A stretch of 48,105 nt of DNA from an uncultured Candidatus Saccharibacteria bacterium. Lineage in GTDB: Bacteria > Patescibacteriota > Saccharimonadia > Saccharimonadales > Saccharimonadaceae. The notes beneath the pieces are model-generated. The model was given only the letters and a program-made list of their open reading frames with translations, did no database searches and was not told the DNA's origin. Numbering within the stretch: the stretch's first letter is position 1; each line of letters starts with the position of its first letter. The stretch is from NCBI GenBank assembly GCA_947306315.1, contig CAMZGF010000001.1, positions 1 through 48,105 of the forward strand, in the 5' to 3' direction. The position numbers were made by a program, and so were the translations under genes. Shown here piece after piece: positions 7,967 through 17,999 of the stretch.

Positions 7967-9517
7967 ATGAAAAAAGAAGCAACATATCAGCAGGAAATCG
8001 GTCGTGTGATCGAGAGTATGCGCAAAGAAAAAGGGTTAACACAATCCGAACTTGCGAAAAGAATAGGAACTTCTCAATCAGCAATACATCGTATTGAAAA
8101 AGGTGATCAAAACATTTCACTTGAAATGGTTAAGAAGGTTTCAGGTGAGCTAGGCGGACAAATTCTCTCTATTAATGATTCCTCCTCGCAAAGTTATCGC
8201 ATCAATGGCGGTAATACTCTTTCTGGTGAAATCACTATCAATACATCAAAGAACGCGGCCGTTGGCCTTTTATGTGCTTCGTTACTTAATTCTGGAAAAA
8301 CAATTTTGCATCATGTTGCAAGGATTGAAGAGGTTTTTCGCATCATTGAAGTCCTTGAGTCAATTGGTGTGAAATGTAAATGGGTTAATCGTAGAAAAGA
8401 TCTTGAGATTATATCACCGAAAGAATTAAACTTAAAGAACTTGGACGTCGAAGCGGCTCGTAGAACTCGTTCGATTATTATGTTTATGGGTCCGCTTCTT
8501 CACAAGTTCAAAAAATTTGAATTACCTTATGCCGGTGGATGTTCTCTTGGAACAAGAACTGTCGATCCACATCTTCGCGCACTCAGCTCATATGGATTAG
8601 AAATCGATGCAAAAACAAAAGTTGGTTTCTATGAAGCTACTGTCGATCAGAAAAGTCTTAAAGCGAAAGAACTAAAGAGAATTGTCCTGATTGAACGTGG
8701 TGATACTGTGACCGAGAATGTCTTGATGGCAGCAGCCCTTTATCCAGGCAAGACGACAATTATTGGCGCATCTCCAAATTATATGGTACAAGATGTTTGT
8801 TTCTTCCTTGAAAAGCTTGGTGTAAAAATTAAAGGTATTGGTTCAACTACTCTTGAGGTTACTGGTGTAGAAAAAATTGACAAAGAAATTGAATATTGGC
8901 CGAGTGAAGATCCGATTGAATGTATGAGTTTTATTGCTGCTGCGCTTGTGACAAAATCTGAAATAACAATTACGCGTGCTCCAATCGAGTTTCTTGAGAT
9001 TGAGCTTGAGGTCTTAAAGTCGATGAATGCAGAGATAATTGTTAGCGAAGAATATAAATCGAGAAACGAGAAAACTCGTCTTGTCGATTTGACGATTAAA
9101 AAATCGAAGCTAAAAGCGCCTATGGATAAGATTCATCCAATGCCATTCCCAGGACTTAACATTGATAATTTGCCGTTCTTTGGAGTTATTGCTGCGGTTG
9201 CTGAAGGTCGTACTCTCATCCATGACTGGGTCTTTGAGAACCGTGCAATTTATACAAGTTATCTCTCAAACTTAAACGCAAAAGTTGAACTTCTTGACGC
9301 TCATCGTGTATATGTTGAAGGCCCAACAAATTGGCGCCCTGCTGAACTCGTTGCGCCACCGGCTCTTCGCCCAGCAGTTGTGATTTTGATTGCAATGCTT
9401 GCGGCACCTGGCACTTCAATTCTTAGAAATGTATACTCAATTTCGCGTGGTTATCAAGATTTCGCACGTCGTCTAAACCATCTCGGTGCTGATATCCAAC
9501 CATTAGCGGGGATTTAA
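7967..9517 (+). CDS. murA: UDP-N-acetylglucosamine 1-carboxyvinyltransferase with N-terminal XRE-family HTH
   Basis: N-terminal GLTQSELAKRIGTSQSAIHRIEKG (HTH_3); MurA motifs SKNAAV, AGGCSLGTR, TENVLMAA, PFPG, FENR and RGY. Confidence 0.95.
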   Translation: MKKEATYQQEIGRVIESMRKEKGLTQSELAKRIGTSQSAIHRIEKGDQNISLEMVKKVSGELGGQILSINDSSSQSYRINGGNTLSGEITINTSKNAAVGLLCASLLNSGKTILHHVARIEEVFRIIEVLESIGVKCKWVNRRKDLEIISPKELNLKNLDVEAARRTRSIIMFMGPLLHKFKKFELPYAGGCSLGTRTVDPHLRALSSYGLEIDAKTKVGFYEATVDQKSLKAKELKRIVLIERGDTVTENVLMAAALYPGKTTIIGASPNYMVQDVCFFLEKLGVKIKGIGSTTLEVTGVEKIDKEIEYWPSEDPIECMSFIAAALVTKSEITITRAPIEFLEIELEVLKSMNAEIIVSEEYKSRNEKTRLVDLTIKKSKLKAPMDKIHPMPFPGLNIDNLPFFGVIAAVAEGRTLIHDWVFENRAIYTSYLSNLNAKVELLDAHRVYVEGPTNWRPAELVAPPALRPAVVILIAMLAAPGTSILRNVYSISRGYQDFARRLNHLGADIQPLAGI

Positions 9518-11590
9518 CTAATATTCAGGAAATGGGTCGCCATCGTCATATTCGATGTCATCCTGCCAGTTATTTGATGATTTTGTTGATGGTTTTTTGT
9601 AGAATCTTGCAAATGGATCAAAAGGTTTCTTCTTTGGATGAGGTGCATATGGGTCAAATTCCTCGTCAACCTCATCGTATTTTTCGTTCGCATATTGCCC
9701 CTCAGTTGCTGAGTATGGATTATATCCGAGTTCAGTTAGAAATCTTGAAGGTAAGTTATAAGCTCTTTGCCCCATCGAAAATCTGCTTGATGCAAAAGTT
9801 AAAAATAGCTTTTCCTTTGCACGTGTCATACCGACATATGCGAGACGGCGTTCCTCTTCGATTGAATCTTCAGAGTCATCGTGTAGAGACGGGAATAAAC
9901 CTTCTTCGAGTCCAACAATGAAAACAACTGGAAATTCAAGACCTTTTGCTGCATGAAGGGTCATGAGTGTCACGGAGTTTCTATCGCTTTCCTCATCAGC
10001 TGAAGACATTAACACTGCCTCGGCAAGAAACTCGTCGAGTGTTTCGAATTCTGATGCGTTGCTTACCATTGCATTGAGGTTTAATGCACGTTCGTCTCCT
10101 GCTGGAGTTCCATCTCTTACTAGTTCAACCAAATTAAATTCTTCGAGCATATTCAATACAATTTCGGAAGGTTCTGTCGTTAAATCTACTGAACGAATAT
10201 ATTTCTGGAGTTTCTCAATGGATGTTTTGGCTCTGCCAGAAGTAATTATAGATAAGTCATCTTCACGTAAGACGTCTACTGATGTTGAGCCTTCCATTGC
10301 CGATAATAATTTTGTGATTGATGACGGTCCAACGCCAGGTAAAACATTCTTACAAACACGTTCGAATGAAACTCTATCACGCGAATTTACGAGTATTTTA
10401 AGGATTGCGAGTGCGTCCTTAATCTCCTTACGATCGTAAAAACGTACGCCGCCAATGATTTTGTAAGGTATCCGCATGTCTAATAACGCCTTTTCGAAAT
10501 TATAAGATTGAGCATTTGTTCGATATAGAATAGCGAAGTCGGAATAATTTCGGTGTTGCGCGAGTGTGGCTATTTTAAAGGCGACGAATTTTGCTTCTGC
10601 GTTTTCGTCCTGCACATTTTTTATATCAACTGGCTCACCATCACCAGCCTCTGTAAATAATGTTTTTTCTGTACGTGTTTTGTTGTAGTTAATAATTTTT
10701 TGAGATGCTTTCAGGATATTTCCAGTCGAGCGATAATTCTGCTCTAGCTTTATAACGGTTGCACCTGGAAAATCACGTTCAAAATTTAAAATATTTGTAA
10801 AATCAGCACCACGCCAAGAATAAATTGACTGCCAATCGTCACCAACGACACAAATATTTCTTTCGGAATTTATAAGACATTTAACAAGTCTGTATTGGAT
10901 ATGGTTCGTGTCTTGGTATTCATCAATCAAAACGTGTTTAAAACGATTGCGCCATTTGTTGCGAATCAACAGGTCTTTTTCGAAAAGATTTGTGACTCGA
11001 AGTATTAAATCATCAAAATCTAGCGCATTCGATTCACGCTTCATTTTTTCGTATAAACGATATACTTTTGCAGTATTCTTCTGATTTGGATATACTGCAG
11101 ATGCTTCATATTCATCAATCGATTCGTCAGAGTTCTTTAAGCTCGATATTATTGATTGTATAGCCTTTGGCTTTAAATATTTATCGTCGATTCCAAGCTC
11201 CTTAAAAGCGCGTTTAATGAGAGATATCTGATCATCCATATCGTAAATTACAAAGTTTTTATCGAGACCAGCAGATTCTGCTTCAATTCTAAGAATTTTT
11301 ACACAGATCGAATGGAAAGTGCCCATGTATGGCATGAATTCTCTTGGTACTTCATCATATTTTTCTGGGTAAAGTAGATTCCAGAGTCTTCCGCGCATTT
11401 CCTTTGCAGCTTTGTTTGTAAAAGTAACCGCTAGAATTTCACGTTCAGAAATGCCAGTTGATAAAAGATTGGCGATACGATGGGTTAAAGTTTTGGTTTT
11501 TCCAGAACCGGCACCAGCCAAAATTAACACTGGTCCTTTCAGTGTTTTAACTGCACGTGCCTGCTCTTTATTTAAACCCTCCGTAAACAT
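9518..11590 (-). CDS. pcrA: ATP-dependent DNA helicase PcrA/UvrD
   Basis: AGAGSGKT, VTFTNKAA, IDEYQD, VGDDWQSIYSWRGA, EQNYRS, TLHAAKGLEF and EERRLAYV. Start moved to MFTEGLN (11590). Confidence 0.96.
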   Translation of the reverse strand: MFTEGLNKEQARAVKTLKGPVLILAGAGSGKTKTLTHRIANLLSTGISEREILAVTFTNKAAKEMRGRLWNLLYPEKYDEVPREFMPYMGTFHSICVKILRIEAESAGLDKNFVIYDMDDQISLIKRAFKELGIDDKYLKPKAIQSIISSLKNSDESIDEYEASAVYPNQKNTAKVYRLYEKMKRESNALDFDDLILRVTNLFEKDLLIRNKWRNRFKHVLIDEYQDTNHIQYRLVKCLINSERNICVVGDDWQSIYSWRGADFTNILNFERDFPGATVIKLEQNYRSTGNILKASQKIINYNKTRTEKTLFTEAGDGEPVDIKNVQDENAEAKFVAFKIATLAQHRNYSDFAILYRTNAQSYNFEKALLDMRIPYKIIGGVRFYDRKEIKDALAILKILVNSRDRVSFERVCKNVLPGVGPSSITKLLSAMEGSTSVDVLREDDLSIITSGRAKTSIEKLQKYIRSVDLTTEPSEIVLNMLEEFNLVELVRDGTPAGDERALNLNAMVSNASEFETLDEFLAEAVLMSSADEESDRNSVTLMTLHAAKGLEFPVVFIVGLEEGLFPSLHDDSEDSIEEERRLAYVGMTRAKEKLFLTFASSRFSMGQRAYNLPSRFLTELGYNPYSATEGQYANEKYDEVDEEFDPYAPHPKKKPFDPFARFYKKPSTKSSNNWQDDIEYDDGDPFPEY

Positions 11591-11646
11591 GTAATGATTA
11601 TAGCAAATCTTGCAAAACTTGTGTATCACTGTTATCATGGTTATGT
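11591..11646. promoter_or_regulatory. Divergent promoters for pcrA (-) and the G5/transglycosylase gene (+)
   Basis: Minus strand TGCTATAAT-6 nt-ATG. Plus strand TTGCAA (11610-15)-17 bp-TATCAT (11633-38)-8 nt-ATG. Confidence 0.65.
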
Positions 11647-12759
11647 ATGAAACTGCGAACTCATACTATTTCTGTATCTAAATTATCTTATGTTTGGATT
11701 TTTGCCGTTGTTGGCTTGCTTTTTGGCTTCTTAATTACAGCAAACCTTTCAAGAATGCACGACTCAAAAGTTTATGCAGAAGAGTATACGGATAACGAAG
11801 ATGCAGAAAATATTACTGATAATCGCTTCGTTACTTTCCACGAAAACGGCGAGAGTTTGACGATTAAAACGGATGCAAAAACCGTCGGTGAAGCAATTTC
11901 TCGCGCAAAAATTAGTCTCGCTGAGTATGATATTACTGACCCAGCTAGAGATGAGAAAATCAATTCTGACAACTACCACATCAATATTTATCGTGCACGA
12001 CCAGTTCTTATTTCAGATGGTGTAATAAAGAAATATATCATGAGTGCAAGCTATGACAAAGAGCAGGTTGCGAAAGATGCGGGATTCACAGTTTATGATG
12101 GCGATAAAATTTTGACAAGAACAAAGGCCCAAAATCTTCTTGAAACTGGCTTAGTTGATGTCTATGAAATAAAACGTAATGGCGGTTCAACTATTACGGT
12201 CGAAGAGAATATTTCCTATGACGAAAAGACTGTTCAAGATAATAACTTAGCTGCTGGTCAACAAGTCGTAAAGCAACTCGGTGAACTTGGCAAAAAAGTT
12301 ACAACTTACAAAGTCCAATTTAAGGATGGAAAGGAAGTTACTCGTATAAAAATCTCTGAAGAAGTTACGAAACAACCAGTTTCTCGTATTACTGCAGTAG
12401 GCACAAAAATTTCAGAGATTGTACCAAACCCAGACAAAGCAACCTGCCAGGCTTGGATGCGTGCCGCTGGAATTTCCGAAAATGATCTAGAAGTTGCATA
12501 TACACTAATTTGGCATGAATCAAAATGTCGATACAATGCAATAAATAGATCTTCTGGTGCATACGGTATTCCGCAATCACTTCCTGGCAATAAAATGGCA
12601 AGTGAAGGCTCAGATTGGCAAACGAATCCGATTACTCAGATTCGCTGGATGATAAAATATGTCAAAAATCGCTACGGTAGCTGGCAAGAAGCTTGGCGCT
12701 TCTGGGGATGTCGTGGACAGTGTCGCAATATAAAAAATAAGACTTCCAACTGGTATTAA
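11647..12759 (+). CDS. RpfB/YabE-like cell wall protein: TM anchor, DUF348-like repeats, G5 domain, lytic transglycosylase domain
   Basis: TDAKTVGEA repeat; G5 motif (GQQVVKQLGELG...PVSRITAVGTK); HES...SSGAYGIPQSLPG.KM...DWQTNP.TQIRW...RYGS; directly upstream of rsmA. Confidence 0.85.
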   Translation: MKLRTHTISVSKLSYVWIFAVVGLLFGFLITANLSRMHDSKVYAEEYTDNEDAENITDNRFVTFHENGESLTIKTDAKTVGEAISRAKISLAEYDITDPARDEKINSDNYHINIYRARPVLISDGVIKKYIMSASYDKEQVAKDAGFTVYDGDKILTRTKAQNLLETGLVDVYEIKRNGGSTITVEENISYDEKTVQDNNLAAGQQVVKQLGELGKKVTTYKVQFKDGKEVTRIKISEEVTKQPVSRITAVGTKISEIVPNPDKATCQAWMRAAGISENDLEVAYTLIWHESKCRYNAINRSSGAYGIPQSLPGNKMASEGSDWQTNPITQIRWMIKYVKNRYGSWQEAWRFWGCRGQCRNIKNKTSNWY

Positions 12760-12760
12760 T

Positions 12761-13546
12761 ATGGCGCTACAGAACAATAAATCGCTTGGACAACACTGGC
12801 TAAAAGATCGCGAGATTCTTGAAGAAATTGCTGATGAAACACTCTTGACTGACAAGGATGATTTGCCTCTTGAAAATCAACCGGTCTGTTTGGAAATTGG
12901 CCCTGGTCTTGGGACCCTAACTAGTAGTCTGCTTAGAAGATTCCCAAAGGTTATTGCAGTTGAATTTGATCCAAAACTGGCACATAATCTTCCAAACTCT
13001 TTTCCTGGGAAAAACCTTGAAGTTATAAACGAAGACTTTTTGAAATACGACCTTTCGACGATGCCGGAAAAATATGTTGTTTCTGGAAATATCCCATACT
13101 ACATTACCAGCCCAATAATCAAGAAATTGCTTGAAGCAAAAAATAAACCAGAAAAAATTGTTTTACTGATTCAGAAAGAGGTAGCTGAGCGTATCCTTGC
13201 GGAGCCAGGGAAACACACATATCTAAGTCTAAGTGTACAAAATTATGCTGAAGTAAAACCAGGTATTGTTGTTCCAAAAGGATTCTTCACTCCGCCCCCA
13301 AAAGTTGATTCTGCTACGATAATTTTGATACCTAGAAAAAAGCCTCTTGTTGGTGAAGATGTTCTGCGTTTTCTAAAACAAGGTTTCAGCAACCCACGAA
13401 AAAAACTTATAAAAAACCTTCCATATGAAAACTTAAAACTCGAACAATCATTTGACGAGTTAATGTTTGATAAAAATATTCGTCCAAGTGATTTATCTCA
13501 TGAACAATGGCAGCAATTGCTTGACAAGATGCCAAAACGCGCTTAA
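12761..13546 (+). CDS. rsmA: 16S rRNA m6,2A dimethyltransferase
   Basis: KSLGQHWL, EIGPGLG, NIPYYITSPI, QKEVAER and FTPPPKVDS. Confidence 0.97.
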   Translation: MALQNNKSLGQHWLKDREILEEIADETLLTDKDDLPLENQPVCLEIGPGLGTLTSSLLRRFPKVIAVEFDPKLAHNLPNSFPGKNLEVINEDFLKYDLSTMPEKYVVSGNIPYYITSPIIKKLLEAKNKPEKIVLLIQKEVAERILAEPGKHTYLSLSVQNYAEVKPGIVVPKGFFTPPPKVDSATIILIPRKKPLVGEDVLRFLKQGFSNPRKKLIKNLPYENLKLEQSFDELMFDKNIRPSDLSHEQWQQLLDKMPKRA

Positions 13547-13549
13547 AAT
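13521..13549 (+). promoter_or_regulatory. Sigma70 promoter for the pilin gene, inside the rsmA 3' end
   Basis: TTGACA-17 bp-TAAAAT. Confidence 0.75.
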
Positions 13550-13614
13550 AAACATAAGGTTTATGCTATCTGTGTGTCCTGAGCACATAAAAGCAAGAAA
13601 TTAGAAAGGAAAAA

Positions 13615-14274
13615 ATGAAAAAGTTAAATACTAGTAAGAAGGGTTTCACGATCATTGAGGTTGTCCTCGTGCTTGCGATTGCGGGTCTTATTTTTATGAT
13701 GGTATTCATCGCTCTCCCTGCACTTCAACGCTCACAACGTGATACTCAACGTAGTAGTGATATTTCACGCGTTCAGACTGCACTTAATCAATATCAGTCT
13801 AATAACCGTGGCGCAATTCCAACAACAGGTAAATATGTCGCTGGCCACGAAAACCCATCATCAACAAAAGTAACAAGTGCAACCGGCACGAAGTCATGGT
13901 CGTATTTCTATGATAATTATCTAATTGTTGACTCTGCAGGTTCACAAGATGTCTTCGCAGATCCAGACGGTAGCTATTACTCTCTCTGGATTGTTGATTG
14001 TAAAGACACTAAGACGACCAGCACCGACACACCATGTGATAACGGTCAACGCTATAATGTAACCTTTGACGAACAAGCACTTGGCTCACTCGAAAGCGCT
14101 GGCGGTATTCAAACCCCAGACAACGATGATACTGGTGCTGAAATGGGTCACTCAATCTCAATCATTACCCACGCAACATGTAAGGGCGAAGTTGCATACT
14201 ACTCAACAGGTGCACGTAAGGTTGCTATCCTCTATAAGAAGGAAAGCGGTGGTACCTTCTGTCTTAATAACTAG
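13615..14274 (+). CDS. Type IV pilin-like protein
   Basis: Class III signal KKG|FTIIE, then hydrophobic helix VVLVLAIAGLIFMMVFIALPALQRSQRD; four cysteines; GAAAGGA SD. Confidence 0.92.
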   Translation: MKKLNTSKKGFTIIEVVLVLAIAGLIFMMVFIALPALQRSQRDTQRSSDISRVQTALNQYQSNNRGAIPTTGKYVAGHENPSSTKVTSATGTKSWSYFYDNYLIVDSAGSQDVFADPDGSYYSLWIVDCKDTKTTSTDTPCDNGQRYNVTFDEQALGSLESAGGIQTPDNDDTGAEMGHSISIITHATCKGEVAYYSTGARKVAILYKKESGGTFCLNN

Positions 14275-14294
14275 TTGAAAACACGCGAAGAACT

Positions 14295-14325
14295 AAAAAG
14301 TACTCCTCAAAAAGGGGTACTTTTT
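14295..14325 (+). terminator. Intrinsic terminator after the pilin gene
   Basis: AAAAAGTACTCCT-caaaa-AGGGGTACTTTTT. Confidence 0.85.
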
Positions 14326-14372
14326 CTATGCCTTTTATGGTAGAATATATATTATACTGAATTAGGAGTTCT

Positions 14373-16289
14373 ATGGTTGAAAAAATGAATAAAAATACAA
14401 AAAATTTAAAGAAAAAACCAGGGAATAGCGTCCGTGGGTTCATCTTCTTTTTAATACTGTTTTTATTTGGCTATGCGATGTTTAATAGTATCTTTGGTGG
14501 AAACGTAAAAACTGAAGATGTCGCACTTTCTGACGTGGTTGCACGCGCAAATGATGAAAATGGAAACATTAAAAAAATTACAGTTTCAGGGAATGATCTT
14601 CTTATTACGTTAAAAGATAAAGAGGCTCCAACTCAACATTCTAGAAAAGACTCTTCTGGAACGCTCTACGAACAAGGTCTTAAAAATAATTGTGAAGGCC
14701 TCTCGAACGGTGAACTAAAAAAATGCCAAGAAAAGTATCCAACTATTGAATATGAAGAACCGGTCGACTATAGCGGAATTATCTTCAATATTATTACTCT
14801 TGGCGTCCCAATTCTTATTATCATCCTTTTCTTTAGCTATATGATGCGCCAAGCTCAATCAATGAATAAGGAAAACATGGGCTTCGGTAAGGCAAAGGCA
14901 AAACTTTATGGCCCAGACAAAAAGAAGGTCACGTTTAAAGATGTAGCTGGTAATGAAGCAGCAAAGCAAGATCTTGAAGAAATTGTAGACTTCCTTAAAA
15001 ATCCTAAGAAGTACGAAGTTCTCGGTGCAAAGATTCCACGTGGCGTGCTTCTTGCTGGTGATCCAGGTACTGGTAAAACTTTGATGGCTCGTGCAGTTGC
15101 TGGTGAAGCAAATGTCCCATTCTTTAGCATCTCTGGTTCTGAATTTGCAGAAATGTTTGTCGGTGTCGGTGCAAGCCGTGTTCGCGACCTCTTTAGTAAG
15201 GCAAAGAAAAATGCTCCATCAATCATCTTTATTGATGAGATTGATGCCGTTGCACACAAGCGCGACGCACGTGGTGGTGCTGGTCGTGAAGACGAACAGA
15301 CCTTGAACCAAATCCTCGTCGAAATGGATGGTTTTGATAACGAGTCTGGTGTTATTGTTATGGCTGCAACTAACCGTGTCGATATGCTTGATAAAGCGCT
15401 TCTTCGCCCAGGCCGTTTTGATCGTCACGTTGACGTCGCTCTCCCTGAAAGGAAAGATCGTCTTGCAATTCTTAAAGTTCACTTTAAAAACAAACCTCTT
15501 GACGAAGATGTCGACCTCGACTCATTAGCAGCAAAGACTGCTGGATCTTCTGGTGCAGACCTTGCAAATATTGCAAACGAAGCTGCAATTACTGCCGCTC
15601 GTGAAGGTCATAAGACTATTTCAGCTAATGACGTTACCGAGGCGTTTGAACGTGTAGCTATTGGTCCGAAACGTCAATCAAAAGTCATGAATGATCATGA
15701 AAAGAAACTTACTGCTTACCACGAAGCTGGCCATGCAATTGTTGGCCACGTCCTTCCTGATTCAGATCCAGTTCATAAAGTCACAATTATTCCACGTGGG
15801 CATACCGGTGGTGTAACCTGGTTCCTTCCTCCGGAAGATCGTAGCTACAAAAATATTTATGAGCTCAAAGATATTCTTGCCCGTGCAATGGGTGGACGTA
15901 TCGCTGAAAAAATCATCTTTGGAAAAGATGACGTTACGACCGGAGCAAGTTCGGACCTTAAAAACGTTGCAAGTCTTGCGAAAGAGATGATTATTGAAGA
16001 AGGCATGGGTAACGAGACTCGTAACCTTGTTTTTCCATCTGAAGCAACTGGCTATTACACTATCTCGACAGGTAAGCCATATTCAGAGAAGACTGCTGAA
16101 CTTATTGATAAAGAAATAAAAGCCCTTTCAGATGAAGCAGCAAAACGCGCAGAAATCGTTCTTAAAGCCAATAAAGACGTTTTGGATCGTCTCGCAAACG
16201 CGCTTCTAGAAAAAGAAACTCTCGAGGAAGAGGAACTTCCAGCTCTTCTTAAGGGGACGACACTCCCAGAAGGAGCAAAACTTCACTAA
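14373..16289 (+). CDS. ftsH: ATP-dependent zinc metalloprotease FtsH
   Basis: Two TM helices, [22 protein letters not shown] and HEAGH. Confidence 0.98.
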   Translation: MVEKMNKNTKNLKKKPGNSVRGFIFFLILFLFGYAMFNSIFGGNVKTEDVALSDVVARANDENGNIKKITVSGNDLLITLKDKEAPTQHSRKDSSGTLYEQGLKNNCEGLSNGELKKCQEKYPTIEYEEPVDYSGIIFNIITLGVPILIIILFFSYMMRQAQSMNKENMGFGKAKAKLYGPDKKKVTFKDVAGNEAAKQDLEEIVDFLKNPKKYEVLGAKIPRGVLLAGDPGTGKTLMARAVAGEANVPFFSISGSEFAEMFVGVGASRVRDLFSKAKKNAPSIIFIDEIDAVAHKRDARGGAGREDEQTLNQILVEMDGFDNESGVIVMAATNRVDMLDKALLRPGRFDRHVDVALPERKDRLAILKVHFKNKPLDEDVDLDSLAAKTAGSSGADLANIANEAAITAAREGHKTISANDVTEAFERVAIGPKRQSKVMNDHEKKLTAYHEAGHAIVGHVLPDSDPVHKVTIIPRGHTGGVTWFLPPEDRSYKNIYELKDILARAMGGRIAEKIIFGKDDVTTGASSDLKNVASLAKEMIIEEGMGNETRNLVFPSEATGYYTISTGKPYSEKTAELIDKEIKALSDEAAKRAEIVLKANKDVLDRLANALLEKETLEEEELPALLKGTTLPEGAKLH

Positions 16290-17941
16290 TGAAAAAATTC
16301 CAATTTCGCTCAGTCGTAGCACTCGCAAACAGTAAACTTTCGATTAAGTTTGCTGCTTTGCTTCTTAGTTTCTCGACTCTTATATCTGCGTTGCTTGGAA
16401 TATTTCGTGATCGTTTATTAAATTCGCTTTATCTTGACACTTATCCAACCGGTATTGATGCTTATACTGCTGCCTTTACTGTCCCTGACTTTATGTTCTT
16501 TGTCCTAACTTCTGGTGCATTGGCAGTTTCGTTTATTCCAGTTTTCAACCAACGTCTTGCCTCTGGGAACAAAAAATCTGCATGGGAATTATCGACGAGT
16601 GTTCTTAACCTCTTTGCTCTTGCAACGCTTGTTACGTCGATTCTTATTATGATTTTTGCTGATCCTTTGATCCGTTATGTTGTTGGCCCAGGTCTTGATG
16701 AGTCTGGTACAACTCTTGCAATTAATATGATGCGTGTAATTGCAATCAATCCATTCTTATTCTCAATTGCGACTGTATTGTCTTCAATGCAACAAGCCGT
16801 CGGTCGATTTGTCTTCTATTCTCTTGCTCCAGCTCTCTATAATATCGGCATCCTAGTCGGTATTATGGTCTTCACTAACGGCATAAATATTTTTGGCTTC
16901 CAACTCTTCGAGGGCGGAATTATGGGCGTTGCGCTCGGCGTGGTCTTTGGCGCAGTCCTCCAGGTTATTGTCTCGCTCATTGGTCTATTTGGGCTAGGTT
17001 TTGACTATGAATTTAAGATTTATTGGAAGAACCATGGTTTTAGATCGGTATTAAAACTTCTTCCGGCTCGCTCACTTGACCAGGGGATTGACTATGTATC
17101 AGGAATTGTAAACACAAATCTTTCATCTCGTATGGGTGCAGGTGCATTACGTAGCTATCAGCAGGCAAATACCCTCCATACCATGCCAGTTAATTTGATT
17201 GGTGTCGCTATTTCAACTGCATTTTTCCCGAAAATGACTGAAGAGGTTGGCGAAGATAATGCTGAAGAATTTAATGACACTTTTAGAAAGGCCCTGCGCA
17301 TGATCGTATGGATTTCTCTTCCAGTGTCAGTGATTGCTTTCTTTGCCCGTGGCTATGTGGTGAATTTTATTAAGAATGGTGGCGATCCGGTTATTGCCTC
17401 TATTCTTGGTGCGCTTGTTCTTGCCATCTTTGCCCAATCAGTATTTCATATTGCATCGCGTGGCTTCTATGCTCGACAAGATACGAAAACGCCATTCATT
17501 GTCTCGATTGTGGCAATTGGCCTCTCAATGATCTTATCGGTCCTCTTTACTATGTGGGGTTTTGGTCCAGATGGTCTTGGTTGGGCTCAAAGTATTGGTG
17601 CAGTGCTTGAGATGTTTATCCTCCTTGGAATTTTGAACCGTCGCTCAAAGAATAAACTTTTTAATAAGACCTTCTTAAAGGGCACGTGGCATATGATTTT
17701 AGCCTCTGTTGTTACTGGTGTTGTAGCTTATATTATGACAAAGTTTCTTCCGCTTCTCGCAACCGATAATTCCTTCCTTGCTACATTCCCTAAATTCTTA
17801 ATTATTAGTGCAGTCTCGCTTACTACTTATCTTGCTGCGAGCTATCTTATGGACCTTGAAGAAGTTGTACCAATCTTCAATTGGGTTAGCCGAGTTCTCT
17901 TTAGAAATATTCCTGAGCAGAAAACTGACAAGACCGACTAA
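16289..17941 (+). CDS. murJ: Lipid II flippase MurJ/MviN
   Basis: LGIFRD, DAYTAAFTVPD, SFIPVF and FYARQDTKTP; multi-TM; TAATG coupling to ftsH. Confidence 0.93.
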   Translation: MKKFQFRSVVALANSKLSIKFAALLLSFSTLISALLGIFRDRLLNSLYLDTYPTGIDAYTAAFTVPDFMFFVLTSGALAVSFIPVFNQRLASGNKKSAWELSTSVLNLFALATLVTSILIMIFADPLIRYVVGPGLDESGTTLAINMMRVIAINPFLFSIATVLSSMQQAVGRFVFYSLAPALYNIGILVGIMVFTNGINIFGFQLFEGGIMGVALGVVFGAVLQVIVSLIGLFGLGFDYEFKIYWKNHGFRSVLKLLPARSLDQGIDYVSGIVNTNLSSRMGAGALRSYQQANTLHTMPVNLIGVAISTAFFPKMTEEVGEDNAEEFNDTFRKALRMIVWISLPVSVIAFFARGYVVNFIKNGGDPVIASILGALVLAIFAQSVFHIASRGFYARQDTKTPFIVSIVAIGLSMILSVLFTMWGFGPDGLGWAQSIGAVLEMFILLGILNRRSKNKLFNKTFLKGTWHMILASVVTGVVAYIMTKFLPLLATDNSFLATFPKFLIISAVSLTTYLAASYLMDLEEVVPIFNWVSRVLFRNIPEQKTDKTD

Positions 17942-17947
17942 AATTTC

Positions 17948-17976
17948 TTGTAAAAAACATTTTGCTCGTGTATAAT
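17948..17976 (+). promoter_or_regulatory. Sigma70 promoter of the surface-protein operon
   Basis: TTGTAA-17 bp-TATAAT, then AAGGAGG SD. Confidence 0.7.
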
Positions 17977-17999
17977 TATATAAAGAAATAAGGAGGTTA

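Noticed and set aside
9532..10439. Antisense ORFs of 129 and 158 aa, and the many other 60-176 aa overlapping ORFs in the track
   Set aside because: They lie opposite or out of frame within well-supported genes and show no motifs or start signals. They are treated as shadow ORFs.
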